From positions 1 through 50,340 of the forward strand of contig JBFRWD010000115.1 in the NCBI GenBank assembly GCA_051439425.1: a stretch of DNA of 50,340 nt, written 5' to 3'. This stretch comes from Synechococcus sp. (GTDB taxonomy: Bacteria; Cyanobacteriota; Cyanobacteriia; Thermostichales; PCC-7336). Shown piece after piece: positions 29,786-39,438 of this stretch. Numbering within the stretch: position 1 is the first letter of the stretch; each line of letters opens with the position of its first letter. Made by a program: the position numbers and the translations under genes. The notes beneath the pieces were generated by a model. The model was given only the letters and a program-made list of their open reading frames with translations, was not told the origin of the DNA and ran no database searches.

Positions 29786-30397
29786 ATGACAGTATCTGAC
29801 CCCACTCTCAATCCGGAATCGCAGCCGTCTGTAATGCCACATGCCGAGAGTCATGAAGAAGACTTTCGGATGTTCGGCTTTATTGTTTTTCTGCTGTCGG
29901 AAAGTGTTATCTTCCTCAGCTTTTTTACTGGTTACATCGTCTATAAACTCACGGCGACTGACTGGTTACCAGCCGGTTTTGCAGGGCTAGAGGTACGAGA
30001 TCCCTTCATCAATACCGTTGTGCTGGTTTCGAGTAGCTTTGTGATTTACTTTGCAGAGCGATTCTTAAGGCGAGAGAACCTGTGGGGGTTTCGCCTATTT
30101 TGGCTGTTGACGATGGCCATGGGTAGTTACTTTCTGTACGGGCAGGCGGTGGAGTGGATGAGTTTGCCGTTCGGATTTAGGGACGGTGTGTTTGGCGGTA
30201 CGTTTTATTTGCTCACGGGTTTCCACGGTTTGCACGTTCTGACAGGAGTGTTGCTGCAAAGCATTATGCTAGGCCGTTCGTTTATTCCAAATAACTACGT
30301 CGGGGGTGAGTTCGGTGTCGAGTCTACATCCTTGTTTTGGCATTTTGTCGATGTGATTTGGATCGTGTTGTTTCTGTTGATCTATGTCTGGAAATAG
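29786..30397 (+). CDS. ctaE: heme-copper oxidase subunit III (CtaEII)
   Basis: FLLSESVIF, NTVVLVSSS, TGFHGLHV, FWHFVDVIW. Confidence 0.93.
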   Translation: MTVSDPTLNPESQPSVMPHAESHEEDFRMFGFIVFLLSESVIFLSFFTGYIVYKLTATDWLPAGFAGLEVRDPFINTVVLVSSSFVIYFAERFLRRENLWGFRLFWLLTMAMGSYFLYGQAVEWMSLPFGFRDGVFGGTFYLLTGFHGLHVLTGVLLQSIMLGRSFIPNNYVGGEFGVESTSLFWHFVDVIWIVLFLLIYVWK

Positions 30398-30497
30398 GTT
30401 CTATCTCTGCAAATAGATAGTCTTCAGAACAAAAACTGTAGCCGCACTTCAGGCTATTGCAGGTAAAGTTTGTCGCACTTAATGGCTGTAGCAATCG

Positions 30498-32030
30498 ATG
30501 ATTATTGACGATCGACAGTATGACGTAATCATTGTTGGCTCTGGTGCTGGAGGGGGGACCCTAGCGCAAGCATTGGCACCAACAGGCAAACACATTCTGG
30601 TCCTAGAGCGTGGCGAACGCATGTCTCTAGAAGATCAGAATCGGGCTGATATCGATATTTTTAAGGGCGATCGCTATCGCTCACCCGAACAGTGGTACGA
30701 CGAAACGGGAGAGCCCTTTTCCCCTCAGGCAAACTACGCCGTGGGAGGGAATACCAAAATCTACGCTGCGACGTTGATGCGCATGCGCGAGCGCGATTTT
30801 GAGGCGGTGCAGTACCAAGATGGCGTCACTCCAGAATGGCCTCTAAAGTATGCCGACTTTGAGCCCTACTACAGCGCAGCCGAGCAGCTATACCAAGTCC
30901 ACGGCGATCAAACCAACGACCCGACCGAGCCTCCCCATAGCTCTAGCTATCCCTCTGCCGCCTGCCCTCACCCTCCGGCGATACGACCGTTTGTTGACAA
31001 GATCGTTGCCGAGGGTCTTCACCCCACTGCACTGCCTGCCAGCTTGACAGACAGGCGGGAGGAACCCACCGGTGATGCGGAGGTGTTTGGGATTGATGTC
31101 GCCCTCCAGCATCAAAACGTGACCTTGATAACCAATGCAAAGGTCACTGCTCTCCATACCAATTCGTCGGGGAGTGAAATAAAGGGGGTCCAGGCAGAGG
31201 TTGGCGAACACACCGTGATGTTCACCAGCAATATCGTGGTGCTTGCCTGTGGGGCCGTTAATTCAGCCGCATTAATGCTGGATTCGGCGAATGAAAAGCA
31301 TCCCAATGGTCTCGCCAATCAGTCGGGGATGCTGGGTCGAAATTTGATGAAGCATCTGATGACCGTGATCGTAGAACGGGTTCCCGGCAACATCAAAGGA
31401 ACCTTCCCTCCCAGTGTGAGCGTCAACGACTTCTACTGGGGCGATCGCGACTTTCACTATCCGATGGGCCACATCAAAAATAGTGGTGGTCTTCTGCAGG
31501 ATCTGATTTTCGCTGAATCTCCGCCGATTTTGTCTGTGATTGCTCGCGTTGCTCCCGGAGCTGGTCTGCAGCAGCTGGTCAAGCGATCGATTGGTTGGTG
31601 GGCCCAAACGGGAACTCTACCCAACCCAAACAATCGCATTTACTGGCAGAAAGATACTCATTTTGGTCGCAAGCGTAAAAAGCTGCGCTATGAATTTACG
31701 CCAAACAATTTAGAAGCCCACGATCGCCTTGTGTATCGCTGGATGGGCGTTCTTCGGGATATGGAGAATAGCGGTGTCGGTCTGCGATCGGGGTCGCTGT
31801 ATCCGCGTGGGGAATCTCCGATTCAGGTGGTGGGCTATCAAAGCGGCACTGCTCGGATGGGCACCGACCCCGACAGCTCTGTGCTGGATATTCATTGCCG
31901 AACCCACGAAATTCAGAACCTATACGTGGTGGATAGCAGCTTTTTCCCGTCTTGTGCAAGCGTCAGCCCGGCATTGACGATTATGGCCAATGCATTGCGA
32001 GTGGGAGACCATTTGGCCACTCAACTATAG
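30498..32030 (+). CDS. GMC-family oxidoreductase
   Basis: YDVIIVGSGAGG, VLERG, VGGNTKIY, VVLACGAVNS, GRNLMKH, GTARMG, NLYVVDSSFFP, PALTIMANALR. Confidence 0.9.
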   Translation: MIIDDRQYDVIIVGSGAGGGTLAQALAPTGKHILVLERGERMSLEDQNRADIDIFKGDRYRSPEQWYDETGEPFSPQANYAVGGNTKIYAATLMRMRERDFEAVQYQDGVTPEWPLKYADFEPYYSAAEQLYQVHGDQTNDPTEPPHSSSYPSAACPHPPAIRPFVDKIVAEGLHPTALPASLTDRREEPTGDAEVFGIDVALQHQNVTLITNAKVTALHTNSSGSEIKGVQAEVGEHTVMFTSNIVVLACGAVNSAALMLDSANEKHPNGLANQSGMLGRNLMKHLMTVIVERVPGNIKGTFPPSVSVNDFYWGDRDFHYPMGHIKNSGGLLQDLIFAESPPILSVIARVAPGAGLQQLVKRSIGWWAQTGTLPNPNNRIYWQKDTHFGRKRKKLRYEFTPNNLEAHDRLVYRWMGVLRDMENSGVGLRSGSLYPRGESPIQVVGYQSGTARMGTDPDSSVLDIHCRTHEIQNLYVVDSSFFPSCASVSPALTIMANALRVGDHLATQL

Positions 32031-32173
32031 TCAGTCTGAGTTTGATAGCTCTTATCCCTGACCCTTTGCCAGCAATGGCCGGAGGGGCATTTAACTACTC
32101 TTTATTTGTAATGCGTATGGAGTTGGAATTTGAATCTGACACTTTATTGTTTTACTAAAGCTGAGTAAACCTG

Positions 32174-33904
32174 TTACGGCAAACCTAAAACCCGAATGGC
32201 TCTTTCAGGAAGTTCTCGAACTACATTGAAGTTAAAGGGATCTTCACTAACAGCTTCGATATAGGGGGCAGCTAAATATGGCTCGAATGTGGAATCTCCA
32301 GCCACATGGACTTGAGTAAACGCAATAATCACCGATAGATTGACTCCCTCTACAAGATCCAATGCATCCTCAAGCTCCTGGTCAAATTCCCTACTTAGAT
32401 CAAGGTCGAGAGTCGTAAAGTCAATATTAGGGAACGTTTCCTGAATGTTTTGGTCGTAGTCATCCGCAAGATTTAGCACAATGCGAGTGAATCCAGTGCT
32501 AGATCGGGAGTGGGATCCCTGCTCTCCAAGGAACAGATATTTGTCAGGTGTTTGCAACCAGTTAAATGCTAAAACCTGTTGGGGAACGATTGGTGTAATG
32601 ACGTCAAATGCTCCTGCCATCAGCGCTACGGGGACCTCAATTCGGCGAAGGCCCGATTCCCCAAACAATTTAGTCACGGGGGTAAAGCCCATCGCAGCCG
32701 CCACCCGCTCGTCTCGGACCCCTGCTTCTCCCAATCGCTCCACAGCATTTTGGTCTTCGGTCAGCTCAAGTGCCCTGCATTCCAATAGCATGGCCGTATT
32801 CACCAAAATGTTGGCATCGGGAGCGCACCGTCGCTCTAACTCCTCAAAATCTATAGTTGCTCCTGCTATCGCCAACGCCGTATAGCCGCCAAAGGAATGT
32901 CCTAACATGACGACGCGATCGAGCTCTAGCTTGCCTTGATACTCGGTCTGATTTGCCTGCGCCAATTCGTCGAGCACAAACGACACATCAAGGGGGCGAT
33001 CGAGAAACTCCCGGGCCGAAAATGCCTCATTTGAAAGTCCAGCTCGCATGGCCTCCTTTTGGGCTTGGTTGCTACCAATATGCTCTAGAAGGACAACAGC
33101 TATGCCATGGGTGGCTACATGAGCAGCTTGCTCGTAAAAACTCGTGCGCGTATCGCCAAACCCGTGAGACATTACCGCGACTGGAATGGGCTCTTGGAAT
33201 GCATCTAAATTTGCTGGCAAAAATAAGTCGGCAGGGAAAGACCGTTGGCGTGAAGCATCTTCTAGGGCCAACTCCACCCTTTCAACGCTGTAGGGACCGA
33301 CATCGGTTAGATCGGGTAACGCTTCCAGATCGACAGGGGGACCCTGCTCAGCATCTGCTGTCGATTGTTGCGAGACTGCGTCGATAACAGTTAGCGTCAC
33401 GTTAACATTTTCAATCGTCTGGCGAGCATAGGCGATGGTTTGCGAAATATCGACGACCAATCTCTGGGAAGGGAAATTCTCGATCAGTTCAAGCAAGGTA
33501 AGCTCGCCATCATCGGCAAGCGAAGCAATAATTGCCGCACGAATTGCTTTCTGTCCGTTTAGTCGTGCCCTGGTCTGAAATAATTGCCCGGCAAACAGCA
33601 GGGTTCTTTCTCCCATTGGTGAGTTCAACCATCGAGAGAGCTGAACAATATCGAATTCTTGGCTTTCGGTCAGCGCAAGCCTCAAAGAGTCCTGCTGTTC
33701 TTGGTCCAAATATTGCAGTACTCCTGCTGTCGTTCCATTTTCAAGAAATTCATTTAGAGAAGATACCGTTACAGAGCGATTAACGGAACCTAGGTCCAAC
33801 AACACTTCTTCGGCTGCCCGGGTGGGTAATGCCGATAGGGCAGTAGATGCAATGACCAAGGCCAAAGGGGAAAGCGATCTGAATACCCAAAGAGATTTGA
33901 GCAT
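32174..33904 (-). CDS. DUF1400 + alpha/beta hydrolase (second paralog)
   Basis: Signal peptide then AEEVLL; MSHGFG, DRPLDVSFVLD, GHSFGG, FDVITP, GSH. Confidence 0.9.
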   Translation of the reverse strand: MLKSLWVFRSLSPLALVIASTALSALPTRAAEEVLLDLGSVNRSVTVSSLNEFLENGTTAGVLQYLDQEQQDSLRLALTESQEFDIVQLSRWLNSPMGERTLLFAGQLFQTRARLNGQKAIRAAIIASLADDGELTLLELIENFPSQRLVVDISQTIAYARQTIENVNVTLTVIDAVSQQSTADAEQGPPVDLEALPDLTDVGPYSVERVELALEDASRQRSFPADLFLPANLDAFQEPIPVAVMSHGFGDTRTSFYEQAAHVATHGIAVVLLEHIGSNQAQKEAMRAGLSNEAFSAREFLDRPLDVSFVLDELAQANQTEYQGKLELDRVVMLGHSFGGYTALAIAGATIDFEELERRCAPDANILVNTAMLLECRALELTEDQNAVERLGEAGVRDERVAAAMGFTPVTKLFGESGLRRIEVPVALMAGAFDVITPIVPQQVLAFNWLQTPDKYLFLGEQGSHSRSSTGFTRIVLNLADDYDQNIQETFPNIDFTTLDLDLSREFDQELEDALDLVEGVNLSVIIAFTQVHVAGDSTFEPYLAAPYIEAVSEDPFNFNVVRELPERAIRVLGLP

Positions 33905-34117
33905 GGAAAGAAAATCCTTTGTGTTGAAAGAATCGGAGATAGCCTGAGATGCCGTGTAACAATCACTTCAATGCCTTCAAAGCCCCCATTCCAAGGCCGT
34001 CGATTTCCACTCAAGATTATCCTTTGAGCAGTGCGAGGCTACCTCAAATGCCGCTGCTCTGAGCGTGAAACGATGACCCAACTGGCAAGTGAGCCAGTAA
34101 CCCCATTTGCAACGCGA

Positions 34118-34948
34118 TTAACTGGGGTCAGACGGCTCCGATGTCTGGGAAGATTGTTTGATTCGCTCTCTTACGGATTGAATCGCTTGGGAACTTCCCG
34201 TTAGCTCTATCTGTGCAATATCTGCCAAGCCCTTAACCTCTTGGGCTAGTTCACGAATGGTAATTGATTGAAGCTTTTCGCGAATCGCGGGGTGCTGTTC
34301 GTAAAATCGAGCCAATTGTTCGACCGGCCAAGCGATGTAGCGCGAGGGTTGACTTAGCTTAATTTCAAAAGAGATGGGCTCGCCAAGTAACAGCGTCGAA
34401 AGGCCTAAGAGCTTCCCGTCTGGAATTTTCGCCAATTCTTCACCATCTAAATAAGCAATAGCCTCACCGTGGCATAAAATCGAAATTTCTTGACAGGGCC
34501 GATCGGGAACGATAAGGGTGTCTCCGGCTATCCCATCACGCCATTCCCCTGCTGCCAAAAGCTTAAGAAACTCGCGTGGACTTAGAGACCTGAACGCCAA
34601 GTTATACAATTTGCGTTCATCATCGCTAAATTTGACAGGCTTCTTTTCGAGTATCAAGAGAATCACGTTTACAAGATTCACCATTAAAAACAGCACGTTC
34701 CAAATAGCAGGTGTCCAGAGCGGCGGGGATTGCAATAAGCAATAGGGAATGAATGTCAGCTGCGCACCGATCGCCAACAGCCGCAATGCCAGGATTCCAC
34801 GAACGGTGAAGGAAATCAGAGTGAGAACGCTGGACAAGTTGACAAGGGCATCCGGTGTTAACCAGTTTGGTGGCAGTTGTGACGCGGCTATGGCGAGGGC
34901 GATACCGAGAAGCACTAATCCACCAGAAATCCATTTTTTTTGCTTCAT
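34118..34948 (-). CDS. Popeye-domain-like membrane protein with cNMP-binding fold
   Basis: ISFTVRGILALRLLAI...WNVLFLMVNLV...EKKPVKFSDDERKLYNLAFRSLSPREFLKLL, followed by a jelly-roll region (GDTLI...LCHGEA...DGKLLG). Confidence 0.75.
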   Translation of the reverse strand: MKQKKWISGGLVLLGIALAIAASQLPPNWLTPDALVNLSSVLTLISFTVRGILALRLLAIGAQLTFIPYCLLQSPPLWTPAIWNVLFLMVNLVNVILLILEKKPVKFSDDERKLYNLAFRSLSPREFLKLLAAGEWRDGIAGDTLIVPDRPCQEISILCHGEAIAYLDGEELAKIPDGKLLGLSTLLLGEPISFEIKLSQPSRYIAWPVEQLARFYEQHPAIREKLQSITIRELAQEVKGLADIAQIELTGSSQAIQSVRERIKQSSQTSEPSDPS

Positions 34949-35282
34949 TGATACTCTCTCGCATCTAAACTCAAAAAATTTTTACGAGCTTTATTGGTCT
35001 GAGTGCTGCATGTACAGTCAACCCGGCTTTATCTACTGTCAAGAACGGAAATGATGATAGCAAATAGTGCTCCCTAACAATTCGAGCTGATACGGTTTGA
35101 GTCTTGAAAGTAAATGCCCGTAAGCAAGGACGGATCTGTTGTCGGAGCTGAAAGGCCGACGTGTTGATATCGAGACAACCAGTGTTGTGATGCAATACGT
35201 GCTATTGGGTACGACAGGCAGCGTAATTATCAGCGCAACTTATCAATTGATACTGACATTATTGATTCAAAACGAAGCCCGC

Positions 35283-35888
35283 TTAGTCTATATCGGCGGG
35301 TGTATCCATCAGAATGAATCCGCCTACCAGGATCAGTAAAATCGGCAACAGGAGACTCCTAAATCGCTGTAACTGGGTCGAAATCCATACATATCCAGAC
35401 AACCACCTGGCCAATGCCACCCAGCTTATGGCCATGCCTATGCTCGTTAAGAAAATAACTAAGTCAGCTGAATATCGAGTATCTGCAAACAGAGAAGTGA
35501 ATACTACGAACGAGTCTCCGCCACTGGCCAAGGTGACCGTCCCAACCACCATCATTGCGCGTGAAGCCCTAATTTTTTCAGCGTTAAGGACTATTTCCTG
35601 TTGACTCTCCTGCAGTCGATATCTTAGCTTGATGAGCTCCCAACCTCCTAGTAAAATAGGTAGGAAACCCAAGTAATGAATCCAATTCTTTGGCATCACC
35701 AATGTGACTTGTGAAACCCCATAACTTCCAGCCAAAATCAACCCTGTTGAGATAACATACCCAAATGAAACAGACTCAATTGAATACTGCGGGTAGTGCA
35801 AATAAGCCAGCAAGATAAGTTGGTTCTCCAAGTTAGTTGCCCAGAATGCTAAAGCTGACACCAATATTGTTAAAAGAATTGCATCCAT
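35283..35888 (-). CDS. cadmium-resistance transporter (CadD-like, LysE superfamily)
   Basis: AFWATNLE, YLGFLPILLG, VTLASGGDSFVVFTSLF, LLPILLILVG. Confidence 0.75.
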   Translation of the reverse strand: MDAILLTILVSALAFWATNLENQLILLAYLHYPQYSIESVSFGYVISTGLILAGSYGVSQVTLVMPKNWIHYLGFLPILLGGWELIKLRYRLQESQQEIVLNAEKIRASRAMMVVGTVTLASGGDSFVVFTSLFADTRYSADLVIFLTSIGMAISWVALARWLSGYVWISTQLQRFRSLLLPILLILVGGFILMDTPADID

Positions 35889-36485
35889 GGAGATTGTCAG
35901 AGTTGGGTAGATGTCAGAACTGGATTATTAGTAGAGAGTTCGGAGATCGCATTGTTTAGCTAAGCAACCTCTTTTCGCAAATATTATACTTGGGCTCATT
36001 TAAGGTGCGATCGCAGTCGTGACAGCGAAAGACAGGGTCGCCAAGGTTGGTCGTGCGTTTGAGATAAGTGGTGTTACTGGCCAGTCAATGCGGGCAGTTC
36101 ATTCAGTTCGAAAAGCCAGTGTTTGAGAAAGGATTGTACAGCTTAGCAGAGCGAGCACTCCCTGCGGAGAGCTGAAATCTGACACAATCAGCCATAGCGG
36201 TATTAAGTGCTTATCAAGAAGTTAGATTACTGGATAAAACAGGACTGCAGAGGATTTGTATCATCTCTCTAGCTAGCGCGCTTTTTACTCAATTCCAGTG
36301 ACGAATGGTCTCGTAGCTCGCCTCGTCCATCGTTGTACGAAGAGTTCCTCTACCTCTCAATCGCAACGAGTTTACGTGACGTTTGCGGTCTGGCTCATAT
36401 TCTTAGCTAGTCATAACAGCTAGTGGGAGAAATGGTGGCTAAGGTTGCGGCAAAGATACTGTGCTGACCATGGCAGGAGGTTTGG

Positions 36486-37685
36486 ATGTTGCTGGATGAG
36501 CGACAAACGGTGATTGCGGCAATTTTGGTGCTGTTTTTGGGCAAGTATCTCAATCGCAAGATTAAGTTTTTTCAGGAGTACAACATTCCAGAACCCGTAT
36601 CGGGGGGGATTATAGCGTCAGTTCTATTTTGGGCGGCATACAGTCTCTTCCAAGTGGAGGTGTCGTTTTCGTTAGGCCTCCGCGATGATTTATTGATTAT
36701 CTTCTTTACGACAATTGGGCTATCGTCCAAGCTGAAAACGCTCCTGCAAGGGGGAAGAAAGTTATTGATTTTGTTGGTAATCGCCATCAGCTACTTAATA
36801 CTGCAAAATCTCGTAGGAATCATCCTTGCGGCAGGTGTAGGGATGCCCCTGCCAGTGGGCATATTGGCCGGGTCGGTGGCTCTCAGCGGGGGGCATGGAA
36901 CTGCGATCGCTTGGGCCCCAAAATTTGTTAGTGACTTTGGGATTGAGAATGCTTTGGAGGTAGGGATTGCCTGTGCGACGTTTGGTTTAGTGTTGGGAGG
37001 GATGATAGGCGGACCTTTGGCGAAGCTATTGATACAGCGTTACAGGTTGCAATCTCAAGAACCAGATGCGCAGTTAGTGGTGGGGACTTCCTACGAGAAG
37101 GAAGACGTCAAGATCGACTACAACACAATGTTGATTTCTTATTTGGTCATTTGTTTAGCAATTGGCTTGGGAATCAATATCAACGATTTGATGGAGCTAA
37201 CTGGGTTATTACTGCCTGATTTTGTTGCGTGTTTGCTGGCCGGAATTGTGCTGACAAACACGATACCTTACGTCTTTAAGAGAATGCCTTGGCCCGCAAA
37301 CACGCCTTCTATGTCATTGATTTCAGAAGTAACGTTGGGCCTGTTTTTGGCGATGTCGCTGATGAGTTTACAGCTGTGGACGTTGGTGGATTTGGCAGGA
37401 CCAATCGCGGTTATGTTGTTCGGCCAGTTGATCACCATCACTGTATTTACCCTCTTTGTGGTGTTTAAGTTGATGGGAAAAACCTACGACGCGGCAGTAA
37501 TTTCGGCTGGCTATGCGGGATTGGCACTGGGGGCAACACCGACCGCAATCGCTAATATGACGGCCGTGACAGAGCGCTTCGGTCCCTCGTCTCAGGCGTT
37601 TATTGTGGTGCCATTGGTGGGGGCGTTTTTCATCGATATCGCCAATGCATTCATTGTTCAGCAAGGACTGGGGTGGCTGGGCTAG
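36486..37685 (+). CDS. gltS: sodium/glutamate symporter
   Basis: AGGAGG RBS; YNIPEPVSGG, FFTTIGL, LSGGHGTAIAW, ATFGLVLGGMIGGP, LGATPTAIANM, VPLVGAFFID. Confidence 0.95.
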   Translation: MLLDERQTVIAAILVLFLGKYLNRKIKFFQEYNIPEPVSGGIIASVLFWAAYSLFQVEVSFSLGLRDDLLIIFFTTIGLSSKLKTLLQGGRKLLILLVIAISYLILQNLVGIILAAGVGMPLPVGILAGSVALSGGHGTAIAWAPKFVSDFGIENALEVGIACATFGLVLGGMIGGPLAKLLIQRYRLQSQEPDAQLVVGTSYEKEDVKIDYNTMLISYLVICLAIGLGININDLMELTGLLLPDFVACLLAGIVLTNTIPYVFKRMPWPANTPSMSLISEVTLGLFLAMSLMSLQLWTLVDLAGPIAVMLFGQLITITVFTLFVVFKLMGKTYDAAVISAGYAGLALGATPTAIANMTAVTERFGPSSQAFIVVPLVGAFFIDIANAFIVQQGLGWLG

Positions 37686-37772
37686 GTACTGAGCAGTAAT
37701 TGCTTTGGGGGTTAGGCGTCCTGTTTGAGCTTGTCAATGCAGGACTCAACAGCATCCGTTTCCTCAACAGCT

Positions 37773-39278
37773 TCAGCGCTTGTACCGGCGCGATCGTTTA
37801 TTGTTTGGCTGACTGACCTGACCGGTTGAAGCATCGTAGATCGCCTCATTTGCCTTCACCGACCTAAAAAAGTCCACCACCGGTCTCGGATAATCCACGC
37901 CTAACTGGCAGTTAAACCGCTTCTGCTCCTCCGCATTTAGCTTTTCAGGCTGATGCACCTTATCTCCCGGTACCTGCGCCAGTTCGGGGAGCCAATGGCG
38001 CGCGTAGTCCCCCTTCAGGTCGTAAGTCTTCGCTTGCTTCGGAATGTTGAAATAACGGAACCCGCGAGCATCATTTCCCACTCCCGCTGTATAGTTCCAA
38101 TTCCCCCAATTGCTGCAGACGTCATAGTCAATCAGCAGAGACTCAAACCACTCCGCTCCCATCTTCCAGTGAATGCCCAGATTCTTAGTCAAGAAACTAC
38201 CCACATTCTGCCGCCCGCGATTGGACATAAACCCCGTCGCCGCCAACTCCCGCATATTGGCATCCACCAACGGATACCCTGTCTTCCCCTCTCTCCATAG
38301 GTCGAACCGCCTCCAGTCCTCTTTCCAGGGGATATGTAGTTTTTGCAAACCAGAGGGATAGAAGATGCGATCGCCATGTTTCTCGCAAATAAATCGAAAA
38401 AAGTCCCGCCAAATCAGCTCAAAAATCAGCCAATAGGTCGAGTCATTTCGCACCCGCTGAGCTTCGTATTCCTCCACCTGCTCCGCAATCCAGCGGGGTG
38501 AGAGACAGCCCAACGCCAACCATGCCGAGAATTTAGATGAATAGTCCGCCCCCAACATTCCATTGCGGGTTTGCTTGTAATCCTTCAGGCAGTTTTGAGT
38601 CCAGAAATATTCCTTCAACCGTGCCTTTCCCGCCGTCTCCCCTCCTTTAAATGCCAGAACAGCGCGATCGTCCCTGATAGGAGCCTCTAGCCCCAAATCT
38701 GTTAGCTGTGGCAGTTGCCCCACCGCGATCGCCGGTAACGGAGGTAATTTCTTTGGAGTGGGATATGTGGGCCGCAGCGAAGAATTCTTCTCCACTTGTT
38801 TGCGGAAGTTAGTGAATAGCTCCGGCATCCGCCGCACGTCAAAAGGCAGATCGTCGGGATGGTATAGTGTCGCCCCCCAAAAAGCTTCCAGCTTTACTTG
38901 TATGGAGATCAAAGCCGCTTCTAGGGCATCTTCGACGGCTAGCTCTTCCGAAGTGACTTCTTCGTGATAGTGAACGGCCTTTGCTTCTAGCTGTTTGGCT
39001 AACGTCGGAATCACCTCTTCTGGCTGACCAACACGAATTATCAGATCGCTGCCCTTCGCTTGCAGCGATCGCTTCAAATCCGCCACACTCTCCAGCAAAA
39101 ACTGGGCTCGAAACGCCCCAGTCTTCGGAAAACCATAGGAAGTCTGACCAAAATGACGCGGATCGAAGCAGTACACCGGCACAATCTCTGCCTGTTGCTT
39201 CATTGCCTCGTACAAGGCTTCGTGGTCGTGCAGGCGCAAGTCGTTGCGGAACCAGAGGAGAATGCGATTTTTGGGCAT
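37773..39278 (-). CDS. DASH-family cryptochrome
   Basis: WFRNDLRLHD, FKGGETAG, YKQTRNGMLGADYSSKFSAWLALGCLSPR, FELIWRDF, GFMSNRGRQNV, DYDVCSNWGNW, GVGND. Confidence 0.95.
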   Translation of the reverse strand: MPKNRILLWFRNDLRLHDHEALYEAMKQQAEIVPVYCFDPRHFGQTSYGFPKTGAFRAQFLLESVADLKRSLQAKGSDLIIRVGQPEEVIPTLAKQLEAKAVHYHEEVTSEELAVEDALEAALISIQVKLEAFWGATLYHPDDLPFDVRRMPELFTNFRKQVEKNSSLRPTYPTPKKLPPLPAIAVGQLPQLTDLGLEAPIRDDRAVLAFKGGETAGKARLKEYFWTQNCLKDYKQTRNGMLGADYSSKFSAWLALGCLSPRWIAEQVEEYEAQRVRNDSTYWLIFELIWRDFFRFICEKHGDRIFYPSGLQKLHIPWKEDWRRFDLWREGKTGYPLVDANMRELAATGFMSNRGRQNVGSFLTKNLGIHWKMGAEWFESLLIDYDVCSNWGNWNYTAGVGNDARGFRYFNIPKQAKTYDLKGDYARHWLPELAQVPGDKVHQPEKLNAEEQKRFNCQLGVDYPRPVVDFFRSVKANEAIYDASTGQVSQPNNKRSRRYKR

Positions 39279-39438
39279 GGCCAAGGATTGGAGGTTCGAG
39301 TAGAGATGTTTGCAGGGGGTGCGATTTCTTACGGTAAACCTTAATAGTTAACTTTTGTAAATATTATGAATGACATAAGGGAGCTAGAACTCAGATGCAA
39401 TGCGATGTTTCCTGGGTGTTTGCAGAGGTGGCAGTGTC

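Noticed and set aside
26969..30397. Canonical aa3 cytochrome c oxidase (ctaCDE-I)
   Set aside because: Subunit II lacks the CuA Cys/His/Met ligands, so it was called ARTO type
36325..36372. Possible glutamine (glnA) riboswitch upstream of gltS (ATCGTTG...GCAACG)
   Set aside because: Only the outer stem resembles it; the conserved GGAAGTA/GAAG junction nucleotides are absent
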